Below the pieces are notes generated by a model, which saw only the letters and a list, made by a program, of their open reading frames with translations, was not told the DNA's origin and did not search any database. The position numbers were made by a program, and so were the translations under genes. Shown piece after piece: positions 11,030-23,760 of a stretch of 64,000 bases of DNA; positions within the stretch are counted from its first letter, which is position 1; each line of letters starts with the position of its first letter. The DNA is taken from NCBI GenBank assembly GCA_965287045.1, contig OZ336870.1:119722001-119786000 (forward strand), read 5' to 3'. The stretch comes from Carcharhinus amblyrhynchos (taxonomy: Eukaryota).

Positions 11030-14000
11030 AGCTAGGGTCTTGCAGACAATGCATTTCAAGAAGAATGTGATTGGACTAGGGAAAGTACAGAGGTGATTAC
11101 AAGGATGTTGCCATCACTGGAGAATTTTAGCTTTGAAAAATATTTCTGATTTGCTTTGTTTTCTTTGGAACAGAGGGAAGAGAGGAAATAGGATCATACG
11201 ATGACCATACGGAATGTTGAGCCTGCTCTGCCATTTTACAAAATCATGGCTGATCTTTGTCTTCAATTCATTTCCTGCCGCTCCCCATATCCCATAATTT
11301 CATAAGAGACTAAAAATCAGTCTAACCCAGTCTTAAGTGTATTCAACAATGGGGCATCCACAACCTTACACGTAGGGATCCTTTGAGTGAAGTAACTTCT
11401 CCACATAGTCCTTAATGATTAGCCCCTTATCCTGAGACTGTGCCACCATGTTTGTGACGACCAACTGGTGGAAACAATCTCTCAATATCCATATTGTCAA
11501 GCCCCCTCAGAATTTTTTAGATTTCAATTAGATCCTCTCTTATTCTTCTAAACTCCAGAGAATACAAGCCCAATTTACTTCGCCTTTTATCACAAGACAA
11601 TCCTATCATCACAGGGACCAATCTAGTGAATCAAGTGAACCTTCACTGTATCACCTGCAATGCGAGTAATCCTTTCTTAAATGTGGAGACCAAAACTGCA
11701 CACAATATTTTCGATATGAGGGCAATTCTCCCAAAAATGCTGAACTGGTAGGAAAACTGTTCTAAACCCCAACTGTCCTGACAGTTCAGCTTCTCACCTG
11801 AATCACCGCATTCTGTGCATTGAAGAGATCCCAGTCATGCATATCATTAAAAGCCTGGTTGGCAGGGGCAGAGTTTGACAGTTGTGGTGTTCTGCACATG
11901 TGCAGCCCCAAGCTGTCAAACACCCATTTGCTGGCCAGCCCAATCCTGGCCAGCCTGGGACCCCCACTGTGCTGTCCCTCCAGCCAGCCAGCAACCCCCC
12001 CCCCCCCCCCCCCCCACCAAGCTTGGCCCGACCTCGGCCCACACAACAATTCCCAGGTCAGCCCTGACCCTCCCTCTGACCCAGAGCACCCAATGCCCAA
12101 GCCCCAGCCCCCAGCAGTGGCAATACTCGGCAGATCTCCCCCGCTCAATGACTCCCCCAGGGTCAAATTCCACCCCTCCCACCCCACCCCAATCTCTGCC
12201 CTCCCTTCATCCCAGACTGATCCCAATGCAGAGTGGCAGCGAGACCTCCCCACCCCCACCAACTGCACCTGGGCCTGCCACAATAGGCCCCACCCCCTAG
12301 GTATTGCCTGATGTCCTGTGGACAGTGCCAAGGTGCTAGTCTGAACCCCACAGAATGAAGCACTCTGATGAGGTGGGAGATTCAATTGGGACCTGAAAGA
12401 TCCCAATAATTAACAAATATACCTGGTTAAAATAAATTAAAAACAGATTTAAATGACTTACCTGCCTTCCTGCCAGCTTCCAGCATGGTCTGGCCGGTGA
12501 CTGTTCGCTGGCTGAGAGAGATGCGCATGCATTCCCGGCACACGTGCAAATGCCTGTTGAAGATCACAGACGCCCGCCTCCCCACCAGACCCGCCAGAAA
12601 AATGGCAAGCCGCAATGGGAGAATCGCAGCCATGGTCTCAAGGGCTGTACACCTGTCACAAGGCATCTTTATTCTTGTACTCCAGGCCACTTGCAATTTG
12701 CCTTCCTGATTGCTTGCTGCACCAGTATGCTATCTTTGTGCTCCTTGTACAAACACACCCAATGCTCTGAGCATCAACACTTAGAAGTTTTACACCTTTT
12801 AAAAAGTATTCTGCTTCCCTATTCTTGTGACCAAAGTGAACATCTCTCACTTCCTTACATTATACTCTATCTGCTATCTTGCTGTCCACTCACTTAACCT
12901 AACACCACCAGCACTGATGTGTGCGCAGTTCGCTATTCACTGCCTGCCATAAAGCTCCGTTTATGTCTATTTTCTGTTCTCCATCCATTAACCAATCGTT
13001 ACCCATGGTCAAATATTATATCTAATGCCATAAACCCTCATTTTGCTTATTTACCTTTAATGGGCACCTTATCGAATGTCTTTTGGAAAACCAGGTATAC
13101 TGTATTTATTTGTTCTGCTTTAACTATCATACTAGATACATCCTCAAAAAACAGATAAAGTTTGTCAAACAGAATTTTTTCAGAATTTCCTTTTAATAGA
13201 ACCATATTGATCTGTTCTAATCATACTATGCTTTTCTATGTGCCAAATTAAGACTTCTCCAATGACTAATGTTGTGCTAACTGGCCTGTGGTTCACTGCT
13301 TTCTTTCTCCCTCCTTTCTTGAAAAGTGGTATAACATTTGCCAATTTCTAATCTAATGGAATTATTTCCAAACATAAGAAGTTTTGGAAAATCATATCCA
13401 GCACGTCCAAGCTCTCTGCTCTCTTAGAACCCTAGGATGTCAGCCATCAGGTCCCAAGAACCTATTGGATATTATCCCATAAGTTTTGCCAATACTTTTT
13501 TTTGCTGATATTAATTTCTTTAATTTCCTCACTCTTTTTAGCCCATAGGTTACCCTCTATTTCTGATATGAAACTTGTACCTTCTGCTGTGAAGGCATGC
13601 ATATTTGTTCAATGCCACTGCTATTTTCTCATTCCCCATTACATCTTTTTCCTGTCTCTTCTTCTAAGGGACCAACATTGACTTCAGCTACTTTCCCTCT
13701 TTATATGCTTCTAAAAGCTCTTACAATATGTTTATTATCCTGGCTAGTTAACTCTCATTCTTTTCTTTTCCCTTTTTATCAAGTTTTTGGTGGCTCTCAG
13801 CTGGTTTCTATACACTCCCAGTCCTCAAACTTGCTACTGTTCTTTGCAATATTGTAAGACTCTTAATCTCAGACTATCTCTAACTTCCTGAGTGAGCCAC
13901 AGGTGGGCCTTTCTTATTTTTTGTTTTTAAATTGAATTCTGGTGTACAAAAATCATGAAGGGCCTTGATAATGTAAAGAGAAAAAACCTATTCCCCTGAG

Positions 14001-14285
14001 AAGGTCAATAACCACGGGACATTAATTTTAAGTAACTGCCTGACCGATTAGAGTGGAGTTCAGAAATATTTTCAGGGTGGTCAGAGGCTGGAATTCACAG
14101 TCTGATAGGACAGTAGAGGCACATGCTCTCAAAACATTTATAAATAAATCTGGATATGCACTCGTAGCACAGAAACTTATCAGGCTTTGGGCAAAGAGTT
14201 GGAAAGTGTGATTAAACTTGATAACATTCTTCGGCTGGCACAGACACAATGGATCATGTGACCTCATTCCATGTTTCAGCTACAG
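11030..14285. mobile_element. Nested cluster: old CR1(+) 11030-11185 / 13940-14285, interrupted by CR1(-) 11195-13925, itself interrupted by a GC-rich DNA element ~11719-12650
   Basis: CR1 ORF2 C-terminal and tail motifs resume on either side of each insertion. Confidence 0.65.
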
Positions 14286-14297
14286 TTGTTAATATCT

Positions 14298-14767
14298 TTG
14301 GAGGGAATTTTAACCCCTCCCAATCCACCCAGCAGAAACTGGACAAGTGGATATTTGAAATCGTGAGAGGCATTATCACAGCTCCTGCCTTGATCCTGGC
14401 AGAATGGCAGTTTTCTGGAATTCATGACTTTACTTTCTGGTTGCCAGGTGTTTCCAAAGATTAGGAAAAAATACATACAGGGAACAAAAACCAAAGTAGC
14501 ACATCTTTGACCTGTGCAGGTAGTCATGCAGTTAAGAAGAACAGCCTACACCTTTGTGATGATCCTAAACTGCTGATGAAGCTGCTTCTGCTTTCAAAGT
14601 CAGCAAAAAAAAAAGCCTAGATAGGCTTGACTTGTACATTCACGGAAATGTTGAAGGAATTCTCCTGTCCTGCCTGCTATGGGAATCGTGGCAGATCACA
14701 GAACGGTCCATTAACCTCAGGTGGGATTCTCTGGTTCTGGGGCAAGCACAGCTGGAGAATTCCATCC
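14298..14767. mobile_element. Harbinger/MITE-like element
   Basis: Inverted termini TGGAGGGAATTTT ... GAGAATTCCATCCA. Confidence 0.5.
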
Positions 14768-16896
14768 ATTACCTTAGAACAATAGTACCAAAGTTAAGGT
14801 TACTGCCAGCAGCAGCATCAATGCAAGGTAAGCACAGCACGTGATACTCAACTTTCCATCCAGTTTACTAAAAGGAAAAACACTTGGTCCACTGCTAATT
14901 TCAATAAGCTGCAAAATACATTTCAACAGGGTGTCAATGATAGGCTGTGCCAAAACTTATTTCTGCTCGTTACAGCTTCTGATATTCTCTCCTTTTTACC
15001 TCTCTGGGCTTGATCCCAATATCAATTGGGATAAATACATTTATAACAAAAGGGGAATGCCATACTGTTGAATCTTTAGCAAATATTTTAAAGCAGCATT
15101 TTATTTCAAAAACCAGAAATAATTGACAGATCAGTTTTTGCACTGATCGATGACATTTGTGACATAGAGCTTTGGAATGCATGGATGGCTGCCAAAATTC
15201 CAATCATAGCCTGCATCAGTTTGATCTGGTCCATCTTGATGCAATAACTTTAAAAATACATAATGTAGCAGTGGCAACACAAAAGGATAGCCAATTAAAG
15301 GCCATAATGATGATAAGTGATATGTTGGCCCCTTGGTAGCATTCGAAACTCCAGATAATGAAAGCTGTGCAGTCACCTCATTCCAAACATTGAGCTAGTT
15401 ATACAGGTTATAAATTAGTGCAATAATTAGTGATTATTGTACTATGAAAAATATTAAATGCATGGGACGAGGTGGATTGATCTGTGTATTAGACAATCTC
15501 GATTTTAAATTCAGGGCCAGGATCCTGGCTTTCTGGGAAGTCAGATCATTTCTGGGAACTGACCCAGTGCCACATCAACATCGCTCACACAACACTATCT
15601 TCAAATGTAGATCTACAAATGGGCCATAATTAGCGATGGTGAGTGCAGCCAGAAGGCAGAAACTGACTGTTGAGTACAATCCTCAAAGATAGGAGGCAGC
15701 CACAATAAGGCTTGCCACTAACTTGCAAAAAAGGAGATAGGAGGTTAAAGGGCTAACAGCCTTACAGCACAGCACAATGGCCAAATGGCCCATCATAAAA
15801 TATTCTGCCACAATACCCAAAATTCTTCAGAACAGACATCACTTAATGGCTTCCCCACAATACATTCATCAGCTGGGCACTAACTTGCACCAGACCTTTT
15901 GGGTTTACCAGTCTTTGATTGGAAAATTGCCTTGTATTGCTTCCCAAGCTTTTTACAAAGTTCTCAAGAGTTTAACAGGCATTTAATTGGAGGCAATGGA
16001 TTCCTGGCTCCTCTTGGTGACCCTCCTACCCATCGCCCCAACCGGTCTGCCCTCTCTTTGAAAGTAAGGGTCTGTGCCAGAGATACCGATAAAAACTATT
16101 TTCAAAGTGCGATTGTGCCAGCGATCTTGCTCCCACAGGTGACTGAAATCAAGCTTCAAGATCATTTGAAGTAGGGTATGAAATTATACCAGAGCTTTGT
16201 AACATTCTTCCCTCAGGTAACACCAAAAGTGGATTAACTGGCTATTCATCACATTGCTGTTTGTGGGATTTCCCTGGATGGAAATTGGCCACCATTTTTA
16301 TCCAAAAGTAATGACTGCGCAAATGTAAAGTGTTGAGTGGGAGTGGAAGGTCGGTGGATTTTGCCTGGATACATTAAATCCTTGATGGTGGATTTTTTTG
16401 AAGCCAATGCTTAGAACAGCTTCCTGTAGATTGGTTAAACAGTTGGTTGCCACGTAAAATGCCTGCTTACCAATGTTACCTGTAAACTGCATGGCCACTC
16501 AGTAATCCAAAGGTCCCTGCATATACTGTGCATAAGCTGGCCCCTTTAAGCTACCATGCGCAGACATGCAAAATAATTTAAAGGGGTAGCACAATTAAGT
16601 CCATACACTCCAAACAAAATTAAAAGTCACATACTCCTGCTCGGCCTTCATTAAAAATGATGCATGACATTTTGCAAACTAGCACTTCATCTCATGCACT
16701 TGTCGAACAATAGGTGGTTGTTTTGATAGTAAAACAACAATCAAATCCAGTGCTACTTGCCAGTTCAAGTTTATTTCTCCTGCAACTGTGACAAAAATCT
16801 CTGAAATGCAACACAAAACTATTGGGGCACTTGTCAAGGCTTCATCAACACTTCAGTAACATTTAATCCAGGAATTCTCTGAAGATCTCACCTTTT

Positions 16897-17423
16897 TGGG
16901 CAGCATGGAGGCACAGTGATTAGCACTGCTGCCGCACAGTGCCAGGGACAGGGTACTTTATGGAGCTTGCATGTTCTCACCATCTCTTCTTGTTTAATAT
17001 AAGATATGACAGTATTAGAAGCAGGTCAGACAAGGTTCACTCAAATCATTCCCGGGATGAAGGGTTTATCAGAGTCCTTACAGTGCAGAAGGAGGCCATT
17101 CGGCCCATCAAACCTGCACCGACCACAATCCCACCCAGCCCCTATCTACACAGTCCCACATATTTACCCTGCTAGTCCACTGACACTAAGGGGCAATTTA
17201 GCATGGCCAGTCAACCTAATCTGCACATCTTTGAATACTCCAGTTTACTCTCAGTCCAAAAATGTGTGGATTAGGTTGATTGGCCATGCTAAATTGCCCC
17301 TCAGTGTCAGGGGGATTAGCAGAGTAAATACGTGGGGTTATAGGAATAGGGCCTGGGTGGGATTGTTGTTGGTGCAGGCTTGATGGGCTGAATGGCCTCA
17401 TCCTGCACTGTGATTCCATGATC
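16897..17423. mobile_element. HE1 SINE(+) interrupted by a short CR1 piece and an inverted HE1 3' half, forming a ~155-bp fold-back
   Basis: Head 16897-16985; CR1 peptide RFTQIIPGMKGLS; minus-strand tail 17080-17234; plus-strand tail 17255-17411. Confidence 0.8.
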
Positions 17424-19020
17424 AATGAGAGTTAACACTGTGCAGGTACACCTTATTGGACACATATTGGAAATCAACAGGAAAACTGTACTGCTTGGAC
17501 ATTGGCACTGTGCTAAGGATCAACCTTGCTCTGGTAGAAGGTATGTCATAAGACAAAGCACAACCAGCTGTTGTAGACAAGACAGTGAGGAGGGTGAGCT
17601 GGCATCTGTCTCCTCCAATAGGACATCCAGTGTCACATCCAAGAACCAATCAGCTACCAGTGAGCCTGTAAAAATGTGGTAGCCAGAGAACCCACATCCC
17701 TGTGGAAGCAAGGGAGTAGAGCCCGCATCAATAAAGGGGTATGAATCAGTACTTGAATGTTAAATCTGTAGCTTTCTAGTTTAACATCTCCAGGCAATTT
17801 CAAATTATGGTGATCAGAAATTGGAATCGAAATTGTGGGCTAAATCCAGACTTTCAAACAGGCATGTTATGTTAGTATAGCATCCACTTAGTCCCTGTTT
17901 ACACTCTTCAGCCAAAATCACCCCAAAGTTCTTTTTCTAAATGCAGCTGTAAAATTTACGAGCACCATTTTCAAGTTAATGCCTCACCAACTAAAAACCC
18001 ACTTTTCCTCTAAATGTTCTCCTCTACTGAAGTGCTGGTTCATTTGGGTCCACAACTGTTTGTTTTTCAATGCTTTGTGTGTGTAAAGTCTGGCAATAAA
18101 TGACAACAGATATCTGGGGGCTACTGCATGTCAGTCTGCACCCACTATCATCCAACCATGACACACATCCAACTTTACACAAGAAAAATATCAATTCATC
18201 CACATAGACAAAGTGCTCATCCACCCGTTATTAATGTGGTAATAACTGCAGGATCAAGTGTTCTTGTGAGCACTATCTCTTCTTTTTGCAGATGTTTACA
18301 GTTACTGTTGCTGCAAAATAATTGGTCCAAGCAAATGACAATAACTTTAGCAAACCTGTGGTGGAATCTGCTCAAGATGAAACTTGTGCTGCTTACTTCC
18401 CAGTTTGGACAGCAGCTGCAGTAATGCATATCTGTCAACAAGTGTGCATGAGTCTTTATGTCTCTGTGGAACTTTGGCTGAGATCCTATGGTCTTTGAAC
18501 AATGATAGGGCAGCAACAAAACCCAGGGAGACTAGAGAAACAGATAAAAATAGCTGCTTCCCTTGAATTCCCATAGTTCCGGCTGCAAGATTAGGAGAAC
18601 TCCCATTACATTTCAAGGCCTGTGGGTTTGATGATGATTGTCTTTCAGATAGTCATATTGCAATATCAATGACAGCTAGCATTTATCTTATGCTTTTGAT
18701 ATAGCATAAATGCCAAGGTGTTCCACAGAAGTGTAATTAGGAAATAAAATGACACTAAGTCATAGAAGGGGTGTGGTACCCTTTGACCAGAAGTAGTGAG
18801 GAAAATTTGTAATTTCATTGAAATATCTGTGGAATTTGTAATTATGTTCAAACATGTTTGAAAAGGAAATTTAAGAGTTTGCATCAATTGTAAAAGGATC
18901 AATTATAATTTATTTAAGAAGAAGAAATATTGGCCAAGAAATATGAGACTTGGGGATTCTTGACATGGAAGCAGTACCAACAGATGTATATTAAGAAAGA
19001 AACTGTGTGACCAGGCACAA

Positions 19021-19140
19021 TAAGAAGTCTCACAACACCAGGTTAAAGTCCAACAGGTTTATTTGGTAGTAAACACGACAGCTTTTGGGGTTTGCCCCTT
19101 CTGGTGTTTACCCCAGTCCAACACCAGCATCTCCACATCA
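19021..19140. mobile_element. Mini Penelope terminal-repeat element with 13-bp TSD TGACCAG(G/A)CACAA
   Basis: Direct repeats at 19008-19020 and 19141-19153; same repeat as 28918-29047 and 48345-48399. Confidence 0.75.
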
Positions 19141-20324
19141 TGACCAGACACAACACAGAGCTAGAAGTAGAGGAACTGGAAGGTGAAGACTCAGATGCAG
19201 ACACAAAGAGAAAGCATGCAGAGACAGAAAGAGGAACACATTATTCTTGTGAAGAGAAGTAATCACGCTAAGGAAGGGGTCAGTTTTTTTTCAGTGTGGT
19301 GTAACAGGAGACACAATCTCTTGAGGAAATTGTGAAGAGATCAATTGTAATTTCTCCGATAAGAAGAAATATTGGTCCATGTATGCTGGTGACCTTTGAC
19401 CTGAAAGCACTACCAGAAGAAGCTATGTGGCTGGCTGATACAAATGAGACCTAAGGATTTGCAGAATGAAGGTAACCAGCACACAGAAACAGACGTGAAG
19501 AGAAAGCAAATAGGGACCAAAAGAGGAAAACAGGGAATTCAAAGGATATGGGGGAAAGGTGAGATCAGACTATTGATGATCAGCCACAATCATAATGAAT
19601 GGCGGAGCAGGTTTGAAGGGTTGAATGGCCAGTTCCTACTCCTATTTTCTATGTTTCTAGTGAAGAGAAGTAAACCACTCTCAGGAAAAAGGTTAGTTTT
19701 TCTGTTTGCTAGAAAAGGAGAGAGAAGCTCTTGGAGGTGCAGAGTGAGCTTGCTAAGAATGTTTAATAGCTGGCAAGCTTGGAGATGCTAAAGGGCTGGC
19801 TGTTCTGGTGTCATTGGTTGGTCAGTTGAACAGGAACTCTGGAAAGCTGCACCATCAGGATTGTAGTGACCCAAGGGAGAGAGGATTTATGAAAGTGCGC
19901 CTTGTTGATGATAATCATACCCATAAAATTCAAAAGGTGAAAGCTGTTGAAGATTAAGACTTGGCCCACCCTGTATAAGTAAAGAACAACATAAGAACAT
20001 AAGAAATAGGAGCAGGAGTAGGCCATCCAGCCCTTTGAGCCTGCCCCGCCATTCAATAAGATCACGGCTGATCTGTCGTGTCTCAGTTCCACATTCCCGC
20101 CCTCAACTGTGTGGCTATGTAGAACGATATTTGTATGGGAAGTGATGCAAATATGTTTACAGTTGCATAGGATGTATCTTTATTTTATCAACTATTCAAA
20201 GTGAAATACACTTTATTTGAAGTGTCATTTGCCTGTTGAATCATGTGCAATTTGTGTTGGTTCTGATTTGTATTAAAATAAAAACTCCAAAAAATGGAAC
20301 CTTGTTGGTAATTTCTTCAGTAAA

Positions 20325-20620
20325 GTTTAAAGTTTATTTGTGTCACAAGTAGGCTTACAATAACAACTGCAATGTAGTTGCTGTGAAAATCTCCTAGCCT
20401 CTATACTCTGGTGCCTATTCGGGTACACAGAGGGAGAATTTAGCATGGTCAATGCACCTAACCAGCACATCTTTCAGACAGTGGGAGGAAACCAGAGTAC
20501 CTGGAGGAAATCCATGCAGATATGGGGAGAACATGCAAACTCCACACAGACAGTGTTCTGAGCTGGGAATCAGACCCAGGTCCATGGCGCCATGAAGCAA
20601 GAGTACTAACCACTGTGCCA
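20325..20620 (-). mobile_element. SINE with HE1/V-SINE head and alternative tail ending AATAAACTTT
   Basis: Head matches HE1 copies; tail matches 61790-61890, not the CR1-type tail. Confidence 0.8.
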
Positions 20621-23399
20621 GATAAATTTACTGTGCCAGTTAGTTTGGTTGTTTAGATTATGGTTTCTCGGTGAAGATTTAAGACAGATAACCATAAGTT
20701 TAGTCACAACAGTAAAATTTAAGGAGCTGCTTAAAGGAGGAGACAGGTGGAGAGACGAAGAGCTTTAGGAGGGAATTTCATTGCTTCGGGCCTAGACTGC
20801 TGTTTAGACAGGGTCAAAGGAAATCAAAAGTGCACAAGAAACCAGAATCAAAGTAGCAGTGTCTTAGATAGACACAGTGTCTTAGATAGTGGAGGAAGTT
20901 AGAGATAGGGAGGGATGAGGTCATGGAGGGATTTGAATGCAAGAATGACAATTGTAAAACAGAGGCATTGCTGGGCCAGGATCAGTCAAGAAACATTGGG
21001 ATCTGAGACAAAAATCTGAGCCATGGAATTTTTATCCTTGCAAATACTTTTACAAGGTTTCTGAAAATAATTAAAAATTCAATTGCAATTACCAAGTCAA
21101 ATTAGAAACACAACACTCAATGAATCTTAGAACGCACTGAAAACATTAATTAACATTAATTACTTTGAGAAATCCGCTTAAACTCCAGCAAGTTAATTTG
21201 TAATTGATTACAATGGACCTTTGAAGACATCAGACTAAATAGAATTACCATTTTAAATTCTTAGAATCAATGCAATTGATTTCCTTTCAGGAAATTGACT
21301 GAAGACCAAATGAACATCCCGATCTAGTTCACCACATTTAAGGCTCATCTCCATTAGGCCGCCCTAGCTGACAGTTGACATACTTGGCTACACAAAAATA
21401 ATTCTAAAACCTACCTTTGTTGGGTCTCCCTTGACAATATCACCTAAGGTATTAAGCAAAGCATGATCAGTGCATGCTCCAGCTATTTCTGACCTAAAAT
21501 GGCAATCATGATCCTTGGATCAGGATTTGCACGTTAACATAGGCTTTGAGGTTTCGGTGATAGACCCCATTCAAACAATTCTCACTGATCAGAGTTAATG
21601 GGATGACCAGACTAAGATCTGATGCCAGTACTCTCTCGGTCATGTTTGGGATTAGAGGTGAACATTAGTCAAAATACATTTTTAAGATTTTTTTGGAGCA
21701 ACGGATATTGTTCCAAGATAAATGCATTTTCATGTTGCACATCCTTTGTCAGCATCAAGTGTTGGAATTTTTCAATTTATTTTGCTCCCCCATTGGCTGC
21801 ACTTTCAGTTGTTTGAGCCCCAAGCTCTGGAATTAAACCCGTCTCTTTGCTTATCCTTCCTCCGTTAAGGTCATCTTTAAACTCTAGATACAATAAAAAT
21901 AGAAAATGATGGAAAGATTCAGCAGGTTTAGCAGCATTTGTGAAGAGAGAAACAGAGGGGTGGGATTTTGAGCCCACTCTCCATGGGAATGGCACTGCAG
22001 GCTCAAAGTGCAGAGAGTGTGAAAAAATAAATCTCACCTGAGATCGCATTTCCTGATTTTGAACTAACCTCACTGGCAGGGTGATGTGGAACACGCCAAG
22101 GGTGGAAACTTAATTTGAATACATCTGCATCTCATTAGTAAGAACACTCTGTGAATATTGACCCCTCACTAAATATTCAGCTGGTACTGGTGTGACATCA
22201 CATCAGCGCCATTTAAAGCAGCTCTGCATTAGTGTGAACCAGGTGCCTTCACCTCCAAAGGGGATACTGGAGGTAAGCGCTCAGATGGCCATTATTTCTC
22301 AGACAGTCCAAAACTCAAGGGGTGCCAGGGAGAATGCCCGAGCAGCTTAGGGCCAGGGTGAGAGTCACTGCCACTATCGGGTGGGGAGGGTGTTGGGGAT
22401 ATGGGTGAGTATTGGGCTGCCTCTCGCTCCAAGGGGATATGCTGGCTGCCAAGCAGGTATTGCTTCCCGATTCTTCCACGCTGGGTTTGTGAGCAAACAG
22501 TAGCTGAGTGAATGCCCTTCCTTGTTAGGAGTTGCAAACTGAAGAAGAGGCAGCCACAAGTACTAAGTGCGGCTATGAGATCCTGGTGTTCTGCCTTGGG
22601 CGAGGCCAGGCTGCAAGGGTAGTTGCGGGTATCAGTGATGGAGAGTTACCCTGTTTCATGGCGCATAAAGACCCTCTCATTTGAGGAAGGGTGATTGCAG
22701 TGAAACCTAAAGCCCTCACTTTGTCAATGGCGTGAGGCCAGAGGGGCTTACTGGATAGGAAGTGTAAATCCACTTCTCTAAATCTCTGACTCTCAGATCC
22801 AGCAATGAAGATATTTATTGTTCTTTTGCAAGACTGCTTAACTGCACAGCATTGAAGACCCGGAAGAGTGAAGCCACCATCTGGGAAATTGCTTCAATAC
22901 CTAATTGCACACCTCTCACGACTCAGCTGTTTCTTGTCAAGATTAATGTGTTGCCAAGGAGACTAACTGACAATTCTTTGAGGATTCCAGTATGCCAGTT
23001 TAATAGCCAGAGCCAGATCTAGTTACAAAGTCTGGACTCAAAGAATTTGGAACAACAAGCCCCAACAAGCACTTTAGTGCTGTACAAGATCGGGACTCAA
23101 TATTTGGCAGCGGCAGCATACAGGAGAAGCTATATGGGGATGTGGCTGTAGTGTCAAAGTGGGTGGTGTAAGAAAAAGCAGACATTCACATAGGTAATTG
23201 GAAACACTAGGGTGGAAGCCACAGATGCATGGAGCAATGAGGATCACGGCTCCGTTGCTAGTCCTCAGCGTTCACTGTGGTTTTCTCAATTTTTCAGTGC
23301 ATGATTCAGGAGAATCATGGAGCCTGTTGAATTGGCCTTCCTCCTGATTGTAACTGACCAGTAGCAGAGATAACAATGTGTTGCTGTGTGTAATCAGGA

Positions 23400-23760
23400 C
23401 CTGTGGCCTGCAGCTGCTCAGGCAACAGGACCACACATGGAGGAGGCAGTATTGACCAAGAATCTTCCAACTTTCAACTGTCCGAGCTGCAGTTCCAGAG
23501 AAGACTGTGCCTGTCCAGGACAGTGGACCATCTCTGCCATGTACTGTATGAGCTGACACCCAATGCCTTGGGGCCTTAAAATTACAACCACTCAGAACTT
23601 TTATGTTAGCAGTCCATTCCAGGGCAGCACAAGGGACATCTGCAGCATCTTCCAGTCCACCACTCACAAAAGTATTAGGGAGATGACAGATGCCCTTTAT
23701 GCCAGGACTGATATATTTATCAAATTTGACCAGGACCAGGCAAGTCACGACACAAGGTCC
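23400..23760 (+). pseudogene. PIF/Harbinger (HARBI1-like) transposase remnant within a larger decayed element (~21960-24800)
   Basis: LSELQFQRRLCLSR..VDHLCHVL..LKITTTQNFYVSSPFQGSTRDICSIFQSTTHKSIREMTDALYARTDIFIKF matches the HARBI1-like N-terminal pattern. Confidence 0.8.

Larger units (their letters stand above)
18690..20990 (-). mobile_element. L2-like LINE 3' remnant (18690-18770 and 20715-20990) split by a ~1.9-kb probable LTR-type insertion containing younger inserts
   Basis: TTTAAGGAGCTGCTTAAAGGAGGAGACAGG..GGAGGGAATTTC motif; insert begins TGTGG (~18772) and ends ACAACA (~20711); no clear TSD. Confidence 0.45.

Noticed and set aside
11786-12406. Longest ORFs in the track (Gly/Pro-rich, both strands)
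   Set aside because: Artefact of a GC-rich repeat and poly-C tract lacking stop codons
14852-14908. Exon-like segment LIEISSGPSVFPFSKLDGK after a TTTTGCAG acceptor (minus strand)
   Set aside because: The in-frame end has no GT or GC donor (AAG|TTGAGT)
18347-18616. ORF with a signal-peptide-like stretch (LFLSVSLVSLGFVAALSLF)
   Set aside because: No recognisable homology or splice structure; such stretches arise by chance in AT-rich introns
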